A DNA stretch of 64,000 nucleotides from Octopus vulgaris (GCA_951406725.2 OX597814.1:40424001-40488000), one strand, 5' to 3'. Shown: positions 1-14,812, counted from the first letter of the stretch. Numbers and translations: made by a program. The notes: generated from the letters alone by a model not told the origin.

Positions 1-559
1 TATGGCAAATGTCAGACAGATGGGTCACACGAAAGAGCTAGGAAGAAGGGGAGATAATAAAGTAATATTGATACCAAAATGATGGAACGCGTGCGTGTGT
101 ATGTGAGAGCGTGTATGTGCGTGTGGAAGGGGTCTTGTGACATTGACGTGCGCATGTGTGCATGTGTATGTGTGTGGATGATGGTGTAGGTCCTGAGAAG
201 TGGTTATAATATTTACTTGCGAATACTCTATAATAAAGGCAAAATTTGCGATGCAATGTTTGTAATTGATAGAATTTATTGCAACCGATGTTACATAATT
301 TTGATTATCATTGCAGTAAGGGAATTATAATAATCATCATAAATGAGAATTTTAGTAAAAAATCAAATTTCGAATAACGCTCCGCACAACCACAATACGC
401 ATAATACGTGGTTCGAAAATTTATTAAAAATTTTAAGAATTCTTTAAACCAAATAGAATGTAATATGTACTCAAAGCATAATTACTCTCATAAATAATTA
501 TGAAATTAACAATTAGAATGAAAAGATAGTGTCTAAAATTCTTGTTATACCTACCACTA

Positions 560-870
560 TCATAGGCGTCTTGATGACCAGCAATTTTTCACATAATTCT
601 CCCATTCCTACCATATAATTTATTTATTTATTTATTTTTGCATCGCATGTCGATCGGTTTACACAATTTTCTTGTCTGTTGTCTCCCTCAAACCACAAAT
701 ATATCTTTTTGGTTCCATTCCTTTTACTTGACATTTTGTTTTGTTCTGACCTTTATATATACACAAGCACCAAAGTGAATTTTATATTCCCACGTTCCTT
801 TTTACTGCCTTGGATAATCTCCATTCTTTCATGTCAACTAGCTGGTGTCCAACATGATGAGAATACAAAC
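560..870 (-). mobile_element. Highly decayed 3' end of an RTE-like LINE
   Basis: Broken minus-strand reading resembles the RTE C-terminus (IIQAVKR.., ..KEWNQK.., GRQQTR..); many frameshifts. Confidence 0.35.
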
Positions 871-2709
871 TGCCTAAACTAAAAAATCATAAAAGTTCCT
901 TCAATTAAAATTCAAGTTCTAATAGTAATTATATTGTTTTTTATTTGTTGAATAGTAGATTCTTGAATATTAAAGTTTTCTTTAGTCTATTTCCCACCGT
1001 AAAACAATTTCCCATTCAATTGAACACTTAAAGATAGAATTGCGTATTTCATTCCAACTTGATACTAGTTGTTCCCTACAGTGCACACGGTAACACTGAT
1101 ACAATTGAAAATGGTGTTTGTATAGATTCCTTTATTTTAGATCGTCATACATGTAGCACGTCGGTAAAATAATAATTGCTAAGCGCATCTGTAATACATA
1201 TTTATACTTATATTCAATATACTGGATAACGTGTTTAGAGAATCAACAGGATTGGTGGACATAACGGAACGTCTGGAAATCATGAACACGTAAACCGATT
1301 CAACTTTTAAATATCAAAAGCGTGTGTTTTTAATAAAATTATTGGAAACAATATGTCATGGTGCAACATAGAACCCACATTCGAACAAAAGAAAAAATAC
1401 AATTATATATATGCATTCACGCACATCGATTCTAGCATAACTACTACGCTGGTGCTAATATACTTAATCTACTGAGTAGCGTTCATTAGTTAATTGAAAT
1501 TATATTTTTGGAGACCAAATAAAGAAGTATTATGAAAGTTTATTTCGTGTGAAAAAAAGAGTTGACAACTTCAAAGATTAAGTTAATTATAGTTAATGGA
1601 ATATAGTATTTATTGTGCAATGATTCTGATTAGTGACAATAAAGCCTTAACTCCAGACAAGGTGGGATCTTATTAGAACTCTTCATCGTATCACAGTCGG
1701 AAATAACTACTTGATATTTGATTGATTTCAGGATAAATATTTGATTGATTTCTGCAAAAAATGTTATAGGATTAAATACCTGAGGCATGATGCTAGAGCA
1801 GCTAATAGTACATAGGTTATAAATGTATTGGTAAAAGAAAAATTGTTACAGAAATTTATGGCCATGGTTAATGAGAAGATAATTATTATCCATTCCAGAA
1901 TATGCGCAACTACCATAGAGAAGACAACACAGAAAAGTTAATTAATAAACGTTGATTAATTACGCTATTGAAATGTTTGATCTTTCATTATCGGGTGGCA
2001 TTTCACAAAAATTTCGTTTTCAGTGAAGCAAAATTTATCAATACATATTTCTCATATACACAAATATATACAAATATATCACACACGTCTGTACAGAAAT
2101 ATACAAATATATCTTCGTATAGAAAAGAATAATATATTTTGAATTTGCCCTTTGAATATATGTGCATTTATTAGCAAATTGTAACGTAATACTAATAAAT
2201 ATGAAATAATCATAAAACAAAATTTCATATTAATTACATGGGAACCATATTGCGAATATGAAAATATTTATGCGTAACTAAGATTGAGTTTAGTCAATTA
2301 ACATTTTCTATCTCTGCACTACAGTATATTTCATTTGGAATATATATTCTTGTTATAATTTTTCATATTTTCCATTTTTTTAATATCGCCATTAAAATAT
2401 CAGATAGTTATATTCTGTTGTGCTTTAGACTTATTTACTTTTATATTTTCCTACATTTTAAAAATGTCATTGAGTATTTTAAAACTGTCATTGTGTATTT
2501 CTTCGCTAATTATTTGCTTCTGCAGTTATACTGTTTTGCTCAAATATTTTCGCCGTGAAATAATGCTAGCGATGGCGGTTTCTGTGTTGGTCATAGGCAG
2601 CCAAAACGCTGAAGAAGATCATGTACGAAAGAAAATGACATCCAACCATTACCCAAATGTACTATATAAGTAACAGACTAATGCTAAAATTTCATCTCAA
2701 TGTAAGACA

Positions 2710-2959
2710 TCTATAAATATATAAAACTGAGAATATGTCTGTCTGTGTGTCTGTATGTGCGCATCAGTAAAACTAGAGAACACTACCGATTTCATTCAAA
2801 TTTTACGTAAGCATTACTTAGATTCCTTGCAGAGTCATGGGACAAAAATGTTTTCAACTTCTTGGTTAATGTGAGTCCTGAGCAATCTCTGACCTTTTTT
2901 ACTACTTCTACTTCGGTATTATGTATCAAAGGTGAAGATATAATTTCTATATTATATAA

Positions 2960-3031
<72 letters not shown>

Positions 3032-3095
3032 TCAATATAGGGTGGCAAAAAAAATTTTGTAGAATTCTTTTGCCACCAGCGGCCTAGTGGGAAAT

Positions 3096-3136
<41 letters not shown>

Positions 3137-3743
3137 AATATAGTTAGATAGATAGATATAGAGATATATGTACGTATGCATATACTTGTGCTTGCACGTC
3201 TGCACACATATGTATATATATATATATATATATGTATATGTATGTGTATATATACATATATACATACATATATGGATATATACATGTATATATATATATA
3301 TATATAAGTATATATACATGTATATATTTATGCTTAGGTATATGTAGTATTTATATATATATATGTTATATGCATGTATATATCTATATTTATATTTACA
3401 TATATATATATGTATGTTTATACATATATCTATATGTATACCATACATATATACACATATATATATATATATGTGTGTGCGTGTAAGTGTGCGTGAGAGT
3501 GTGTGTGTTTGCACCCCCACCATCGTTTGAACCACCGGCGTTGCTGTGTTTACGCTCCCGTAGCTTAGCCGTTTGGCAAAACAAACCGATTCAATAAGTA
3601 TTAGGATTACAAAGAATAAAACGGCGGACGATCGTTTCGACTACAAAGGTCTATTCGCATGGCTGCAGTCACATGACCGAAACAAGTATAACAATAAAAA
3701 AACTATACCATTTAATCCCGAGCAACAGGGGGCATCTCTCTAG
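2710..3743 (+). mobile_element. Non-autonomous Helitron containing nested microsatellites and a SINE tail
   Basis: Starts A|TCTATAAATATATAAAACTGAG and ends with a degenerate hairpin CCCGAGCAACAGGGG followed by CTAG (3740-3743). The 5' ~230 bp matches 8460-8717 (-); the 3' end matches 28743-28770 (-) and 30585-30618. Confidence 0.65.
3495..3700 (+). mobile_element. 3' half of a tRNA-derived SINE (same family as 26326-26708)
   Basis: (TG)n then ...ttgctgtgtttacgctcccgtagcttagc...aataagta...gcatggctgcagtcacatgaccgaaacaag, colinear with the 3' half of 26326-26708. Confidence 0.7.
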
Positions 3744-4026
3744 AATAGATGGGGGCGACGCTACACAAACTTACGTTACGTATCTCATCATACAAAAACC
3801 ATTATTTACAAACCTGCAACGTAGATTACACAAAGGAACTTGCTAATATTAGACAATCGATGTAATAAGGGAGGAGGATAGTTGAGAAGAGAGAAGCCTA
3901 GCTTGTCTGCACAAATGTAGGTTTACTTTCGCTACATATAAATAACATACAAAACACTTGTGCCACCCCAAAATAGCAACAAAAATCCCCCACCATAGAA
4001 ATGGTAGCCCTTGATATTAATTAGAA

Positions 4027-4060
<34 letters not shown>

Positions 4061-4067
<7 letters not shown>

Positions 4068-4273
4068 TCCACTTAATTCTTATTTTTATTTTCTAAAATT
4101 TTCGTTGCGTGTTGCAACCTTCTCAATAGTCTTGACTCTGACCCACACACATGCGCACAAATAAACGAAAGGGAAGGCAGTGTAAATAACGGACAGAGTC
4201 TAGACTATTGTAAAGGTTGCAACACGCAACGAACATTTTAGAAAATAAAAATAAGAAATAAGTGGAAATTTTA
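4061..4273. repeat. ~80-bp inverted repeat (arms 4061-4140 / 4194-4273) of a Penelope pLTR-like family
   Basis: taaaatttccactt...gactctg is the near-exact reverse complement of cagagtc...gtggaaatttta; the same unit recurs at 5110-5240 (-) and 6215-6420 (+). Confidence 0.85.
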
Positions 4274-4390
4274 CCAGTGAGTTTGTTAAATAATAAGGCA
4301 CTAAAAGAGAATGACTCTCTCCAGACACAACAGAATATGTGTAAACACCCGATCTCATATAAAGAATCTTGCAAACCAAATCCCAAACTG

Positions 4391-4429
<39 letters not shown>

Positions 4430-5107
4430 TATACTACTTAAATAATGCTAGTTTGATTGTAGTACATAGCGGGGCTCTTGCATGTGTTACTATATCAATA
4501 CCCCTATCTCTTCACCTAAATTCCGAGTTTAGATCCTGCTCCCAACCCATAACGACTATCTACATCTTATACTTATTAAGCCTTTTTTCCTTAATCTAAC
4601 CCACCAACCTCTGTTAACGAATGCCAGATATTTCAATCTTGAAACCAACTGAGAACACAGAGGACATAGTTATTTAGCCCCAATGTTAAAACCCCCGGTA
4701 GCTATTTTTATTTTTTAATTTTATTTTAATATTATTTTACTTTATTTTATTGTATTTTATTGTACCTTTTATACCATGGATGAGCTTGTTGATACCTGTT
4801 GCAATCTGGACTCAATTCTTCTACCAGCATATTGATCTACCTCCACTTAAAGTAGACACTACCAGATCTCCCCGCTTAAGAACAACGCTACCCCAACTCT
4901 AGAATTTACCTTAATGAACTCAAATTTAACTTTCCTCACTCTAGGTTGTATAAGTCTGTACTTGGACACTGCAGTAGCTGACTTCCCAAGAGATATTAGC
5001 ACAATTCGGTTTACTATGTATGACTGAATGGGTAATTTGATGGTAGACCATGGCCTCACCCACGTAAGGATTATTATAATTAATAAAGTTATTGATATGA
5101 ACAATCT

Positions 5108-6360
5108 AACTGTTCTGTCTGGGGAGAGTCATTCTCTTTTAGTGCCTTATCATTTAACACACACACCGATAAAATTTCCACTTATTTCTTATTTTTATTC
5201 TCTAAAATTTTCGTTGCGTGTTGCAACCTTTTCTATAGTCCGTTGTGTTTGTTTGTGCGCATGTGTGTGGGTCAGTGTGTGTGTCTGTGCCTATACATGC
5301 ATGGATGTACGTATGTATGTGTGTGTGTTTGTTTGCATGTGTATATATGCATATATGTGTGTGTATGCATATGTATGCATGTATGTGTGTGCATCTGTAT
5401 GTACGTATCCTGCATATTTATGTGCTTGCCTGTCCGTGTTTGTGTATTTTCTATGTATGTGTGTGTGAGAGCATGTGTTTTTTTATATATATGCACCTCT
5501 GTCTCCTTGTGTGTGCATATCTGTAAGTGTGTGTTATGTAACTATGTACCATGTTTGCATGTATGGATGTGCAACTTATATGTGTGGATCCGAGTCTCCA
5601 TATGTGTCTGTTCATATAGTCTATACACCTATCCGTTTGTATATTGATCAGCTTATTTATATATCTAAATGCTTATTATTATTTTTGTTATTTTTATATT
5701 GTTTATTTTTTATATTTTTTCATTTTTAATTTTTTAAATATTTTTTTTAATTTTAAATTTTTTATTTTTTATATTTCTGTATGTAAGCATTTAGATATGT
5801 AAATAAACAGATCAATATACAAACGGATAGGTATATAGACTATATGGACAGACACATATATATAGATGCACATCCATGCATACAAACATGGTACATAGTT
5901 ACATAGCACACACACAGATATGCACACTCAAGGAGACAGAGGTGCATATATATACAAGCACATGCTCACACACACATACGTAGAAAATACACAAACAAGG
6001 ACAGGCAAGCACATAAATATGCAGGATACGTACATACAGATGCACACACACACATACATACATACATATGCATACACACACATATTTACATACATACACA
6101 TGCAAACACACACACACTTACATACGTACATGGATGCATGTATAGACACACACGCACACACACTGACCCACACACATGAGCACAAACAAACAAAAGGGAA
6201 CGCATTGTAAATAACGGACAGAGTCAAGACTATTGAAAAGGCTGCAACAGGCAACGCAAATTTTAGAGAATAAAAATAAGAAATAAGTGGGCATTTTACC
6301 GGTAAGTGTGTTAAATAATAAGGCATTAAAAGAGAATGACTCCCCCCAGACACAACAGAA
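5108..6360. repeat. ~570-bp inverted repeat (arms ~5108-5673 / ~5784-6360) with a T-rich spacer; Penelope-terminal-like
   Basis: Arms are reverse-complementary throughout; mirrored pseudo-ORFs 5028-5468 (+) and 5928-6404 (-) read alike. Confidence 0.85.
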
Positions 6361-7415
6361 TATGCTTCAACACACGACCTCATATAAAGAATCTTGCAAA
6401 CCAAATCCCAAAACGAAACAATCTGTTATGATCATATAATACATATTAAGTAAGATTTAGTAAACTGTTTTGGGATATTGAGTTTGTGTCCATGGTTGTT
6501 ATATGCTTGTGCGTTAATTTTAAATTTTATTTGCTTAAATGTTTGTGATTTTTTGCTTTTGACCCTATGGGGCAGAATTTACTTAGGAGCATGTAAACAT
6601 TTACTTGCTCGTCCATTATTACCACGTCTTTCAATTTTACTGGCTATCTAGTATTCAACTTTATTTCTCTTGTACTAGTTGTCTCCCCTTAACTATAACA
6701 AAAAATTACAGCTGTTTGACTAACGGCATATATTTATTCACTTTAATATTAATTATGCTATGTTGAGAAGTTGCAGAAGGCCATAAGCGGCCTGCTGACA
6801 ATTACATCACAGCCTCTACCCAGTACCCTTTGTCTGCTCTTTCTTCTTCTCCTTTATTTACATATTTCCTGTAAAGGTCTTAACATTTGCCCGTGGTTCA
6901 AATATAATTGACCAGATATAGAGATGGATAGACTTTGGTCGCTTTCATTGCGGACAACAGGTGGTGGTATTTACAACACTTCAGTAGGTACACCATAATA
7001 AGAACCCTACACTTTTGTTTTTAGATAAATATTAGCTATCCCTATTTACGATATCATAAGTGCTAGTCTCTTCTCAGACATATTAGTAATTCTCTTTTTT
7101 TAGTACTAACTTCATTTCAATTCTATTACGACACACTGCCCTAAACCACTGCTAGTTCACTTTTTGGCCTATCGACTTCAATCTCTACGCCGCAATAGGG
7201 TATGATTTAAATATATTGAGTCTTCTGGCCTCTTCTCTAGGCCCTGATTTTTCTATTCCCTCTACCCTTCGTTTATTTTATTTTGCTCATTTGTATTCAC
7301 TCTGATGGAGCTCCATGTACTAGATCGAACGGGCTATGAAGATTACGTATATCATTTTCAGAATTTCTTTCGTAAGTACGGACCAATATATATATGCATC
7401 GCATATTTATATATA

Positions 7416-8324
7416 CAGGGTGTCCTAAAAGTCTCTTTACTGTTTTAAAATTTTATTACAAAAGCAGTTGACAAGATATATTAACCAGATTTGTTTTATT
7501 GTAATAATTGTTTATTAAAGCATTTTAACTATTATTTAATAGACCTCAGTAGGGGCACCATTAGGTGAGCAAAGCACATCAAGACGGTACTCGATTTCTT
7601 GCCATATTCGCTGTAGCATAGCCTCCTTAACGGTGACAATGACATTACGAATCCTTTGCTTCAAGTCAGCAAGGCCGCGTATCGTTGTTTGATACATGAT
7701 ATCTTTTACATAACCCCATAGAAGGAAGTCCAAGGGAGTGATATCTGGCGAACATGGAATTGGCCCATTCCTTCCAATCCATCTGTCAGGAAATGTTTGA
7801 TTGAGAAACTGACAAACATGCCGTAGCCAATGTGGTGGTGCACCATCTTACTGGAAAATGATGGTTGGTTGTAGATCAATCAGTTGTGGAGCAACATATT
7901 TAGTCAGAAGGTCGAGGTAGACATCTGCAGTAATTGTTGCCTCGTTGAAGAAAAATGGTCGTCCGCTCCTTCCTTAATCCAACACAGTCCCTGTCTCCAT
8001 AAATTTCTTGTGCCATACACGAATTGAAGGACGCGATAGTGAATAATTTCCATACTTATTTCTGTAGTTTCGTTGAGTCGGAACATCCGATTTTGTCCCA
8101 ATAAACCAGGATACACATTGGACCTTTTCATGAGGAATAACCATTTTATAGGGGTTCAGTGAATTAGTTTCGTGTCCATCAACAGCGTATCTGAAACACA
8201 AAAATGTAATATGAATAAAAACTTTAATTAGCAATTATTAAAATAAAACAAATCTGATTAAAATATTGCATCAACTGCCTTTGTAAATTTTTTTTATTTG
8301 TAAAGAGACTTTCTGGCCATGCTG
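7416..8324 (-). mobile_element. Internally deleted Tc1/mariner element (DUF4817-type transposase pseudogene) with ~110-bp TIRs
   Basis: TA|CAGGGTGTCCTAAAAGTCTCTTTAC ... GTAAAGAGACTTTCTGGCCATGCTG|TA. Reading: EKVQCVSWF..SIRVWHKKFMETGTV, then FQ*DGAPPHW, SPDITPLDFLLWGYVKD..QEIEYRLDV. Confidence 0.9.
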
Positions 8325-8459
8325 TACATCACATATTTATATATGCATAATATATATATATGTATGTATGCATGTATATATGCGAGATAATAATTTTAGT
8401 AGTAATAGTTTAACTGTGTGTGAACATATATGCATAGTGTATCCATAGTGAAACTAATA

Positions 8460-8717
8460 AAAGTAGAAGTACTATTTTATATTACAATAGTGATGTTATT
8501 GTTTCAGTTTTGACACGTAATACTGAAATAGTGTAAGAGATAAGAGATTGCTCCGGGCTCGGAGTAGGCACGAAGTTAAAACTTTGGGGGGCTTTGACAA
8601 TGTATGGACCCTAAGTAAGGCATGTGTAAAATTTGAATGAAATCGGTTTGATAGTTCTCCAGTATTAGTGATGCACACATATAGACAGACACACGTTCTT
8701 AGTTTTAGATATATAGA
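8460..8717 (-). mobile_element. 5' portion of a non-autonomous Helitron (family of 2710-3743)
   Basis: Minus strand starts A|TCTATATATCTAAAACTAAG and shares ccgatttcattcaaatttta and gagcaatctct blocks with 2710-2940. Confidence 0.65.
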
Positions 8718-10052
8718 TTTTAAGAGTGATTAAGAGAAAGAAATTCATTGTTAGGTTCTAGATTTCTGATGAACACCCATCTGTTGAGAACATAAAAATT
8801 ATCTCAGGCTAATTAAATATTGTGAGACGTTCTCATGTTTTTATCATTGTTTAAAGTTTTTTAGAACTTTTTAGCGTAATTCTTCCCCACACGCTTTTTG
8901 GAGGCTATTTTCAAAGCAACAAATCACCTCAGATTTCCTCCGATACATGACCGTTACTAGCGCTTTGTATATTCCGTCGTAGTTCAGTAGATTTCTCATA
9001 CGTAATCTTCCTGAGAAGCTGTTTGTTTTAAAATATTACTAAAATGTATCATCCAGTACATTGCATTGCCGCTATATTTGGCTTAATGTTTTTAATTGGT
9101 TTACTCCCATTCTCTGAGTGTTGTACACTTCATTCACAATGATATGAAAAGGCATTCACGTTATGAAATCCAACAACTAATTATATTTTCTGCGGCTTCT
9201 CTCATCGTTGTTTTTCCGAACGCCAAAATTCTTAAGGAAGAAAGGCATTTGTGTTTTTGAATCCGCTGCTAATTGATCTTGTATCTCCTCTATGAAGAGC
9301 AAATTGGTTGTATCTCAGTGTTTAGACAACAGTTGCTGCATTCATATCAGTCTTTTTAAAACACTCAACATACATGCATGTGGGCAAGTATAATGATGCA
9401 GAGAATGCATTTTTATTTCTATCTAACACAAGTGCCTATCAGTCATTTGTTGAATTTATTAGTGCACTGTCAGAGTTGGTTGAGTTTCGGGACGCTCATG
9501 ACATTCACTGCATGTGTACATTGCTGTTACCGAACAGACGCGTACAGTTTATAAGGCGTATGTGCCCTCTTAACATATCAGCGGTAACACCAGATAGAAA
9601 TACCCATTTTTCCTTTGCGCTTTAACTATTTTGCTATAATGTTCTTACCGCCAAAATGGCTGAATATAGCTCCATCACTAATATACAATAAATATTTCTG
9701 CAGCCGGTCTAATGGATAGGCAGCCTAAATAATTACAAAAACACTTTCAGGAAATTATAGGTTAGCATCAAGTGCACCATATACGATAAGTAAGTAAAAC
9801 GAAGAATAAATATCAGAATCAATATCTATTTACCTTTATCAATAACGGATTATTTGTGTTACCTCAATGACTCAATTTCATATTCATAAAATTCTCTCGT
9901 ATTTTTGGAATGTTGTGCCCATTTCACCTTTAACCTTGTGCGTGTTAAGAAAATTGCTTATGATAAATTCACTAAAGTATCTTCTAATACTTATTGTTTT
10001 CACAGTACATATATTATTTTAGCTACAGTTTATGAGAAACATTAAAAATCGC

Positions 10053-10087
<35 letters not shown>

Positions 10088-10094
10088 TTATTAT

Positions 10095-10132
<38 letters not shown>
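10053..10132. repeat. (AGT)n microsatellite
   Basis: Direct reading. Confidence 0.95.
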
Positions 10133-10154
10133 ACAACAACAAAAATGATAATCG

Positions 10155-10350
10155 TTTCTACTAAAGGCACAAGACCTGAAATTTGGGTGGAGGGGAGTAG
10201 TCCAGTAGAGTGCTCAAGTGATACTTATTTTATCGACTTGGAAAGGATGAAAGGCAAAGTCTACCTTGGCGATTATTGACACCAGATCGAAAAATGGACA
10301 AAATACCGCAAAACATATTGCCAGGGGTGCTAACGATTCTACCAGAGCGC
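10155..10350 (-). mobile_element. tRNA-derived SINE (family of 50790-50970 and 61438-61640)
   Basis: Shared blocks tacttattttatcgac..gaaaggatgaaaggcaaagtc..cttggcg and gctaacgattct. Confidence 0.75.
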
Positions 10351-10399
10351 AACGCAGGTGTGTTATAGAAAAAAATGCCGTGGCCACTGTTGCAACACA

Positions 10400-10740
10400 C
10401 GAAGAAGACGTTATCAAAACTGAAAATTGCGTAACGAAGAAAAAACAAAATAACTCTGAAGATTTGATGTGGGAAATTCGAAGGTTCCGGTCAATGAAGA
10501 GAGTAGACGTGGTATTAAAAAAATTGGTGCACTCCGAAGTATCAGCACGCAACTAACAACATGACTGAAAGAGGTTGGCGCAAGTCTGAAGATGGAACAC
10601 CTACAAAAATCAGCATTGCTCAGAACTGCAAGAATTCTTCTCAGGGTTCTTTGAGAATGACCAGTAAACAAGTGTCACCTTAGTTTGTTGGCTGTGGGCA
10701 GCTGACTCTTCCCATCATACCCAGTAAAATAGGGTGTGAG
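10400..10740 (+). mobile_element. 3' end of an R4/Dong-type RLE non-LTR retrotransposon
   Basis: EDLMWEIRRFRSMKRVDVV.. then ..EHLQKSALLRTARILLRVL, followed by a short 3' UTR and (AAT)n. Confidence 0.75.
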
Positions 10741-10799
10741 TTTTCATATAATGATGATGAGGATGATGATGATAATAATAATAACAATAATAATAATAA

Positions 10800-10858
<59 letters not shown>

Positions 10859-10915
10859 TTAATAATAATAATAATGATAATGATGATAATAATACTAATA
10901 ATAATAATAATAATG

Positions 10916-10971
<56 letters not shown>

Positions 10972-10972
<1 letters not shown>

Positions 10973-11440
10973 TATGCCCTGATGCAGTACTAGGCAGTGG
11001 CTCTCATGGTTACTGAAAGTATTCTGCTCAATACTACAAATTGGCTTGTCAGTTGTTTGACCTTAACCAGTTGAGCATATCCCTTAGTGGCTGACGATAT
11101 GTGGTATCTCTGATCACGATCAGAAGTAGTGGGGAATCATCATGGCCATGTGCTGAGAGAAAGTCTTTGAAGTTTGAATAATTCACTTCTGGAAACATAG
11201 GTGTTTCGTTCAAAATACTTAAACAACAATTATTCAGGGACCTTTTGAGCAGGATTGGTTACTCGACCAGCAGAAAATTCTAACTGGTCCCCACCTGCAA
11301 GGTCATGTGCTGTTTACCTTGATATGAGATCACCATGTCGTGCACAAATGGTTGGGATGTCGTGCACAAATGGTTGGGATGCATGTGCCTAGTGTAACCT
11401 TATCAGTGTCACTTTGATGGCATGTATTGCTCTCTCCCTC
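10972..11440. mobile_element. Unclassified ~470-bp insert embedded in (AAT)n
   Basis: Higher-GC non-coding block bounded on both sides by (AAT)n; contains a 22-bp tandem duplication atgtcgtgcacaaatggttggg at ~11336-11380. Confidence 0.45.
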
Positions 11441-12105
<665 letters not shown>

Positions 12106-12106
12106 G

Positions 12107-12172
<66 letters not shown>

Positions 12173-12345
12173 TATTTATATATATATATATACATATATG
12201 ACATGATGGCTGCCCCCTCGTTATCGAGTATGGCCATTGCACGAATCTTAACTGTTACTGCTGTGATCGAATGTGACTTTTTAGCACAGCTGAAGATCTA
12301 CAATGTTTTCTACAGAATATACATATACTGAATATACATATACTG

Positions 12346-12410
<65 letters not shown>

Positions 12411-13419
12411 CCATATATACACACACACATATGCGTATATTCATATTGTTGAATTTTTGAATTTCTGAATCCAATTGTGTTGTTGCAATAAAAGGTGTGT
12501 CTACGTATTTGGGTAATATATTAATGTCTTTTTTAAAGATTTCTTGAGATGTTCGTTTGTCTTTCCAGTTGGAGAATACAGTAGGACTTCTGCAATGAAA
12601 AGAATATTTACATTTTCGAATACTCCATGAGAGTCAAAAAGAATGGCAAATAAGTTGTAGATAATAACATTTTAAGATTTACTAAATATCGTATTTTGTA
12701 GAACTGCATAGAGAGAAATGGTAGTGTTCTTAGAACAAAAAGGAGGATGATGTTTACATTTCCGAATACTTAGGGAGAGAGGAGAGGATATGTACGGAAA
12801 CAGTAGTTGTAAATGTTAAAGTATTTTTTAAGTTGATCGTTCGAAAGCTGTAGGTATGTACGTTTCCTAACTTATTTTATTTTGAGGGAGATTTAAAATA
12901 TTTCGAGGAAATTGTAGATATTCCTGTCTATGTGAATTGTGGGAGAAAAGGATGCTCATCTCATAGGATTTTTGAATTTCTGAATTTCTTTTTCTTTTGG
13001 AAATGTTCTTTTCTTTTTTAAAGTTTTGCTCTGGTTTACAGTTTTCGTAGTTGTGTCGTATCTATATATTGGCAGGTGCTTACTTCCTTTTTTTTTATTA
13101 TCATGTATGTGTGTTGTTACAATAAAAGACATGTTTACATATTCTGTTAGTCAGGGAAGAAAGGGAGGCAAAATGTTGACAAAAAATTGGAGATATCAAT
13201 GTTTCTATATTTTTTTAGGTGTTCGATTGTATGTCGAAAGCTGTAAATATGTAAGTTCCTTAACTTATTTGGAGTGAAATTCAAAATACTCACAGAAAAC
13301 TGTAGATATTCCAGTCTTTTAGAGTTTTTTTTCAGTTGTCCTGCTGGGTTTTATTATTGTTTCTGTGTCTTCAGCTGCTGACAGGACAGAGCAGCGTAGA
13401 ACACGTCCATCCACTGTCA

Positions 13420-13800
13420 TGTCAAACCTCCAATATCATTATATAAAATGATATCATTATATCGTAACAAAGTGTAAGTAAAATTGCACCGGAGTTTTTA
13501 TCATCTATGAAGTCACAACAAGCACTTCAGCAGACAATACTTTCCTTATGATGTGCATGTGCGCAAGAAGGCTCCTTTTTGCAAGACATCAATCTTGCAG
13601 TTGTGTTTAGAAGTTGTGAAGTTTCCATAGGATTGAGGCCAACGCTCTGATCAACATTTTTATCACATTTAAACTACCCTCTTGCATTCCATGCAGTCTT
13701 GCCCACTTTCAATTCAGATTACTTGGTGATATGTTCAATCTCTTTAAAAATATTTTGATTAGTTTTTTGGTTTTTGCTTCGGACATATTTCATTGAGACA
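13420..13800 (-). mobile_element. Decayed R4/Dong-type 3' end
   Basis: Minus reading ..KIDVLQKGAFLRT.., then by frameshift AHIIRKVL, matching the LQKxALLGTAHILRKVL terminus. Confidence 0.5.
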
Positions 13801-14071
13801 TCGAGAAAATAGGAGAAACTGTGCTTTATGTGTCAGTAAAATTTCGTTTTCGTGATTATTTTCGTTGAAAGACGGTTTCCTTCAACTCTTCCACAGATTC
13901 CTTTATCCCATTCCACCCATGTTATTAGATTAGATTTGTTGTTGAATAGAGAGTCCCATTCAAAACTAATTATTATCATTATTATTATCGCTATTATTAT
14001 TATTAATATTATTATTATCATTATTATTATTATTATTATTACTTTTTTTTCTTCTTCTTTCAAATTTGCTA

Positions 14072-14645
14072 TCATTTCTTGCCGAGTGTCTTCCCGACTC
14101 CTAGGGCAAAGAAACTCATAGTATTCATTGGTACGCCATTAAACCAAACTCAGTAGTTCGCTCATTTTTTTTTTTTTCAAAGTTAAATTAAAATACATGA
14201 GCAGCAACAGTTCTCACATCGACAATGCTCTTCTCAATACGTGTGATGTACCAGTTAAGACAATCTTTTGCACTTCTTGCAGGGATGATAAGCCAGGGAT
14301 CATTCTCATATAATTTTCGGTTCCCTTCTTGATCATTCCTAGTGCTCCTACGATCACTGGTATTGTAACCGCCTTGAGATGCCACATTTTCTCAATTTCA
14401 ATGAGTAGGTCTTTATATTTTCTGAGCTTGTCAAACTCTTTCGCTGAGATATTATGATCACAGGGGATGCTCATGTCGATCAATAAGCAAACTTTATTAT
14501 TTTGGTCTTTCACAGCAATATCTGGTTTATTGGCCTTGATGGTTCGGTCTGTATGTACTGGAAAGTCCCACAGAATGGTTACATTTTCTCCTTCAGTTAC
14601 AGCCTCAGGGTGGTGATTATACCACTTGTCGGCAGTTTTTGTATT
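14072..14645 (-). mobile_element. R4/Dong-type retrotransposon 3' fragment with an open RLE reading frame
   Basis: WDFPVHTDRTIKANKPDIAVKDQNNKVCLLIDMSIP..KYKDLLIEIEKMW..PVIVGALG..TSHVLRRALSM (PD..D nuclease motif); flanked by (ATT)n. Confidence 0.9.
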
Positions 14646-14727
<82 letters not shown>

Positions 14728-14745
14728 CATCATTATTATTATCAA

Positions 14746-14812
<67 letters not shown>

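Noticed and set aside
4440-5060. Possible L1/Tx1 endonuclease remnant (RVGVALFL)
   Set aside because: Insufficient conserved residues.
7295-7350. Hammerhead-like ctgatgg..agctc/gggct..gaag
   Set aside because: Both core segments deviate and no stem I or III can be formed.
12430-13330. Possible Penelope RT remnant and degenerate direct repeat (12820-12930 vs 13200-13315)
   Set aside because: Motif similarity (PKYVDT) too weak to call by eye.
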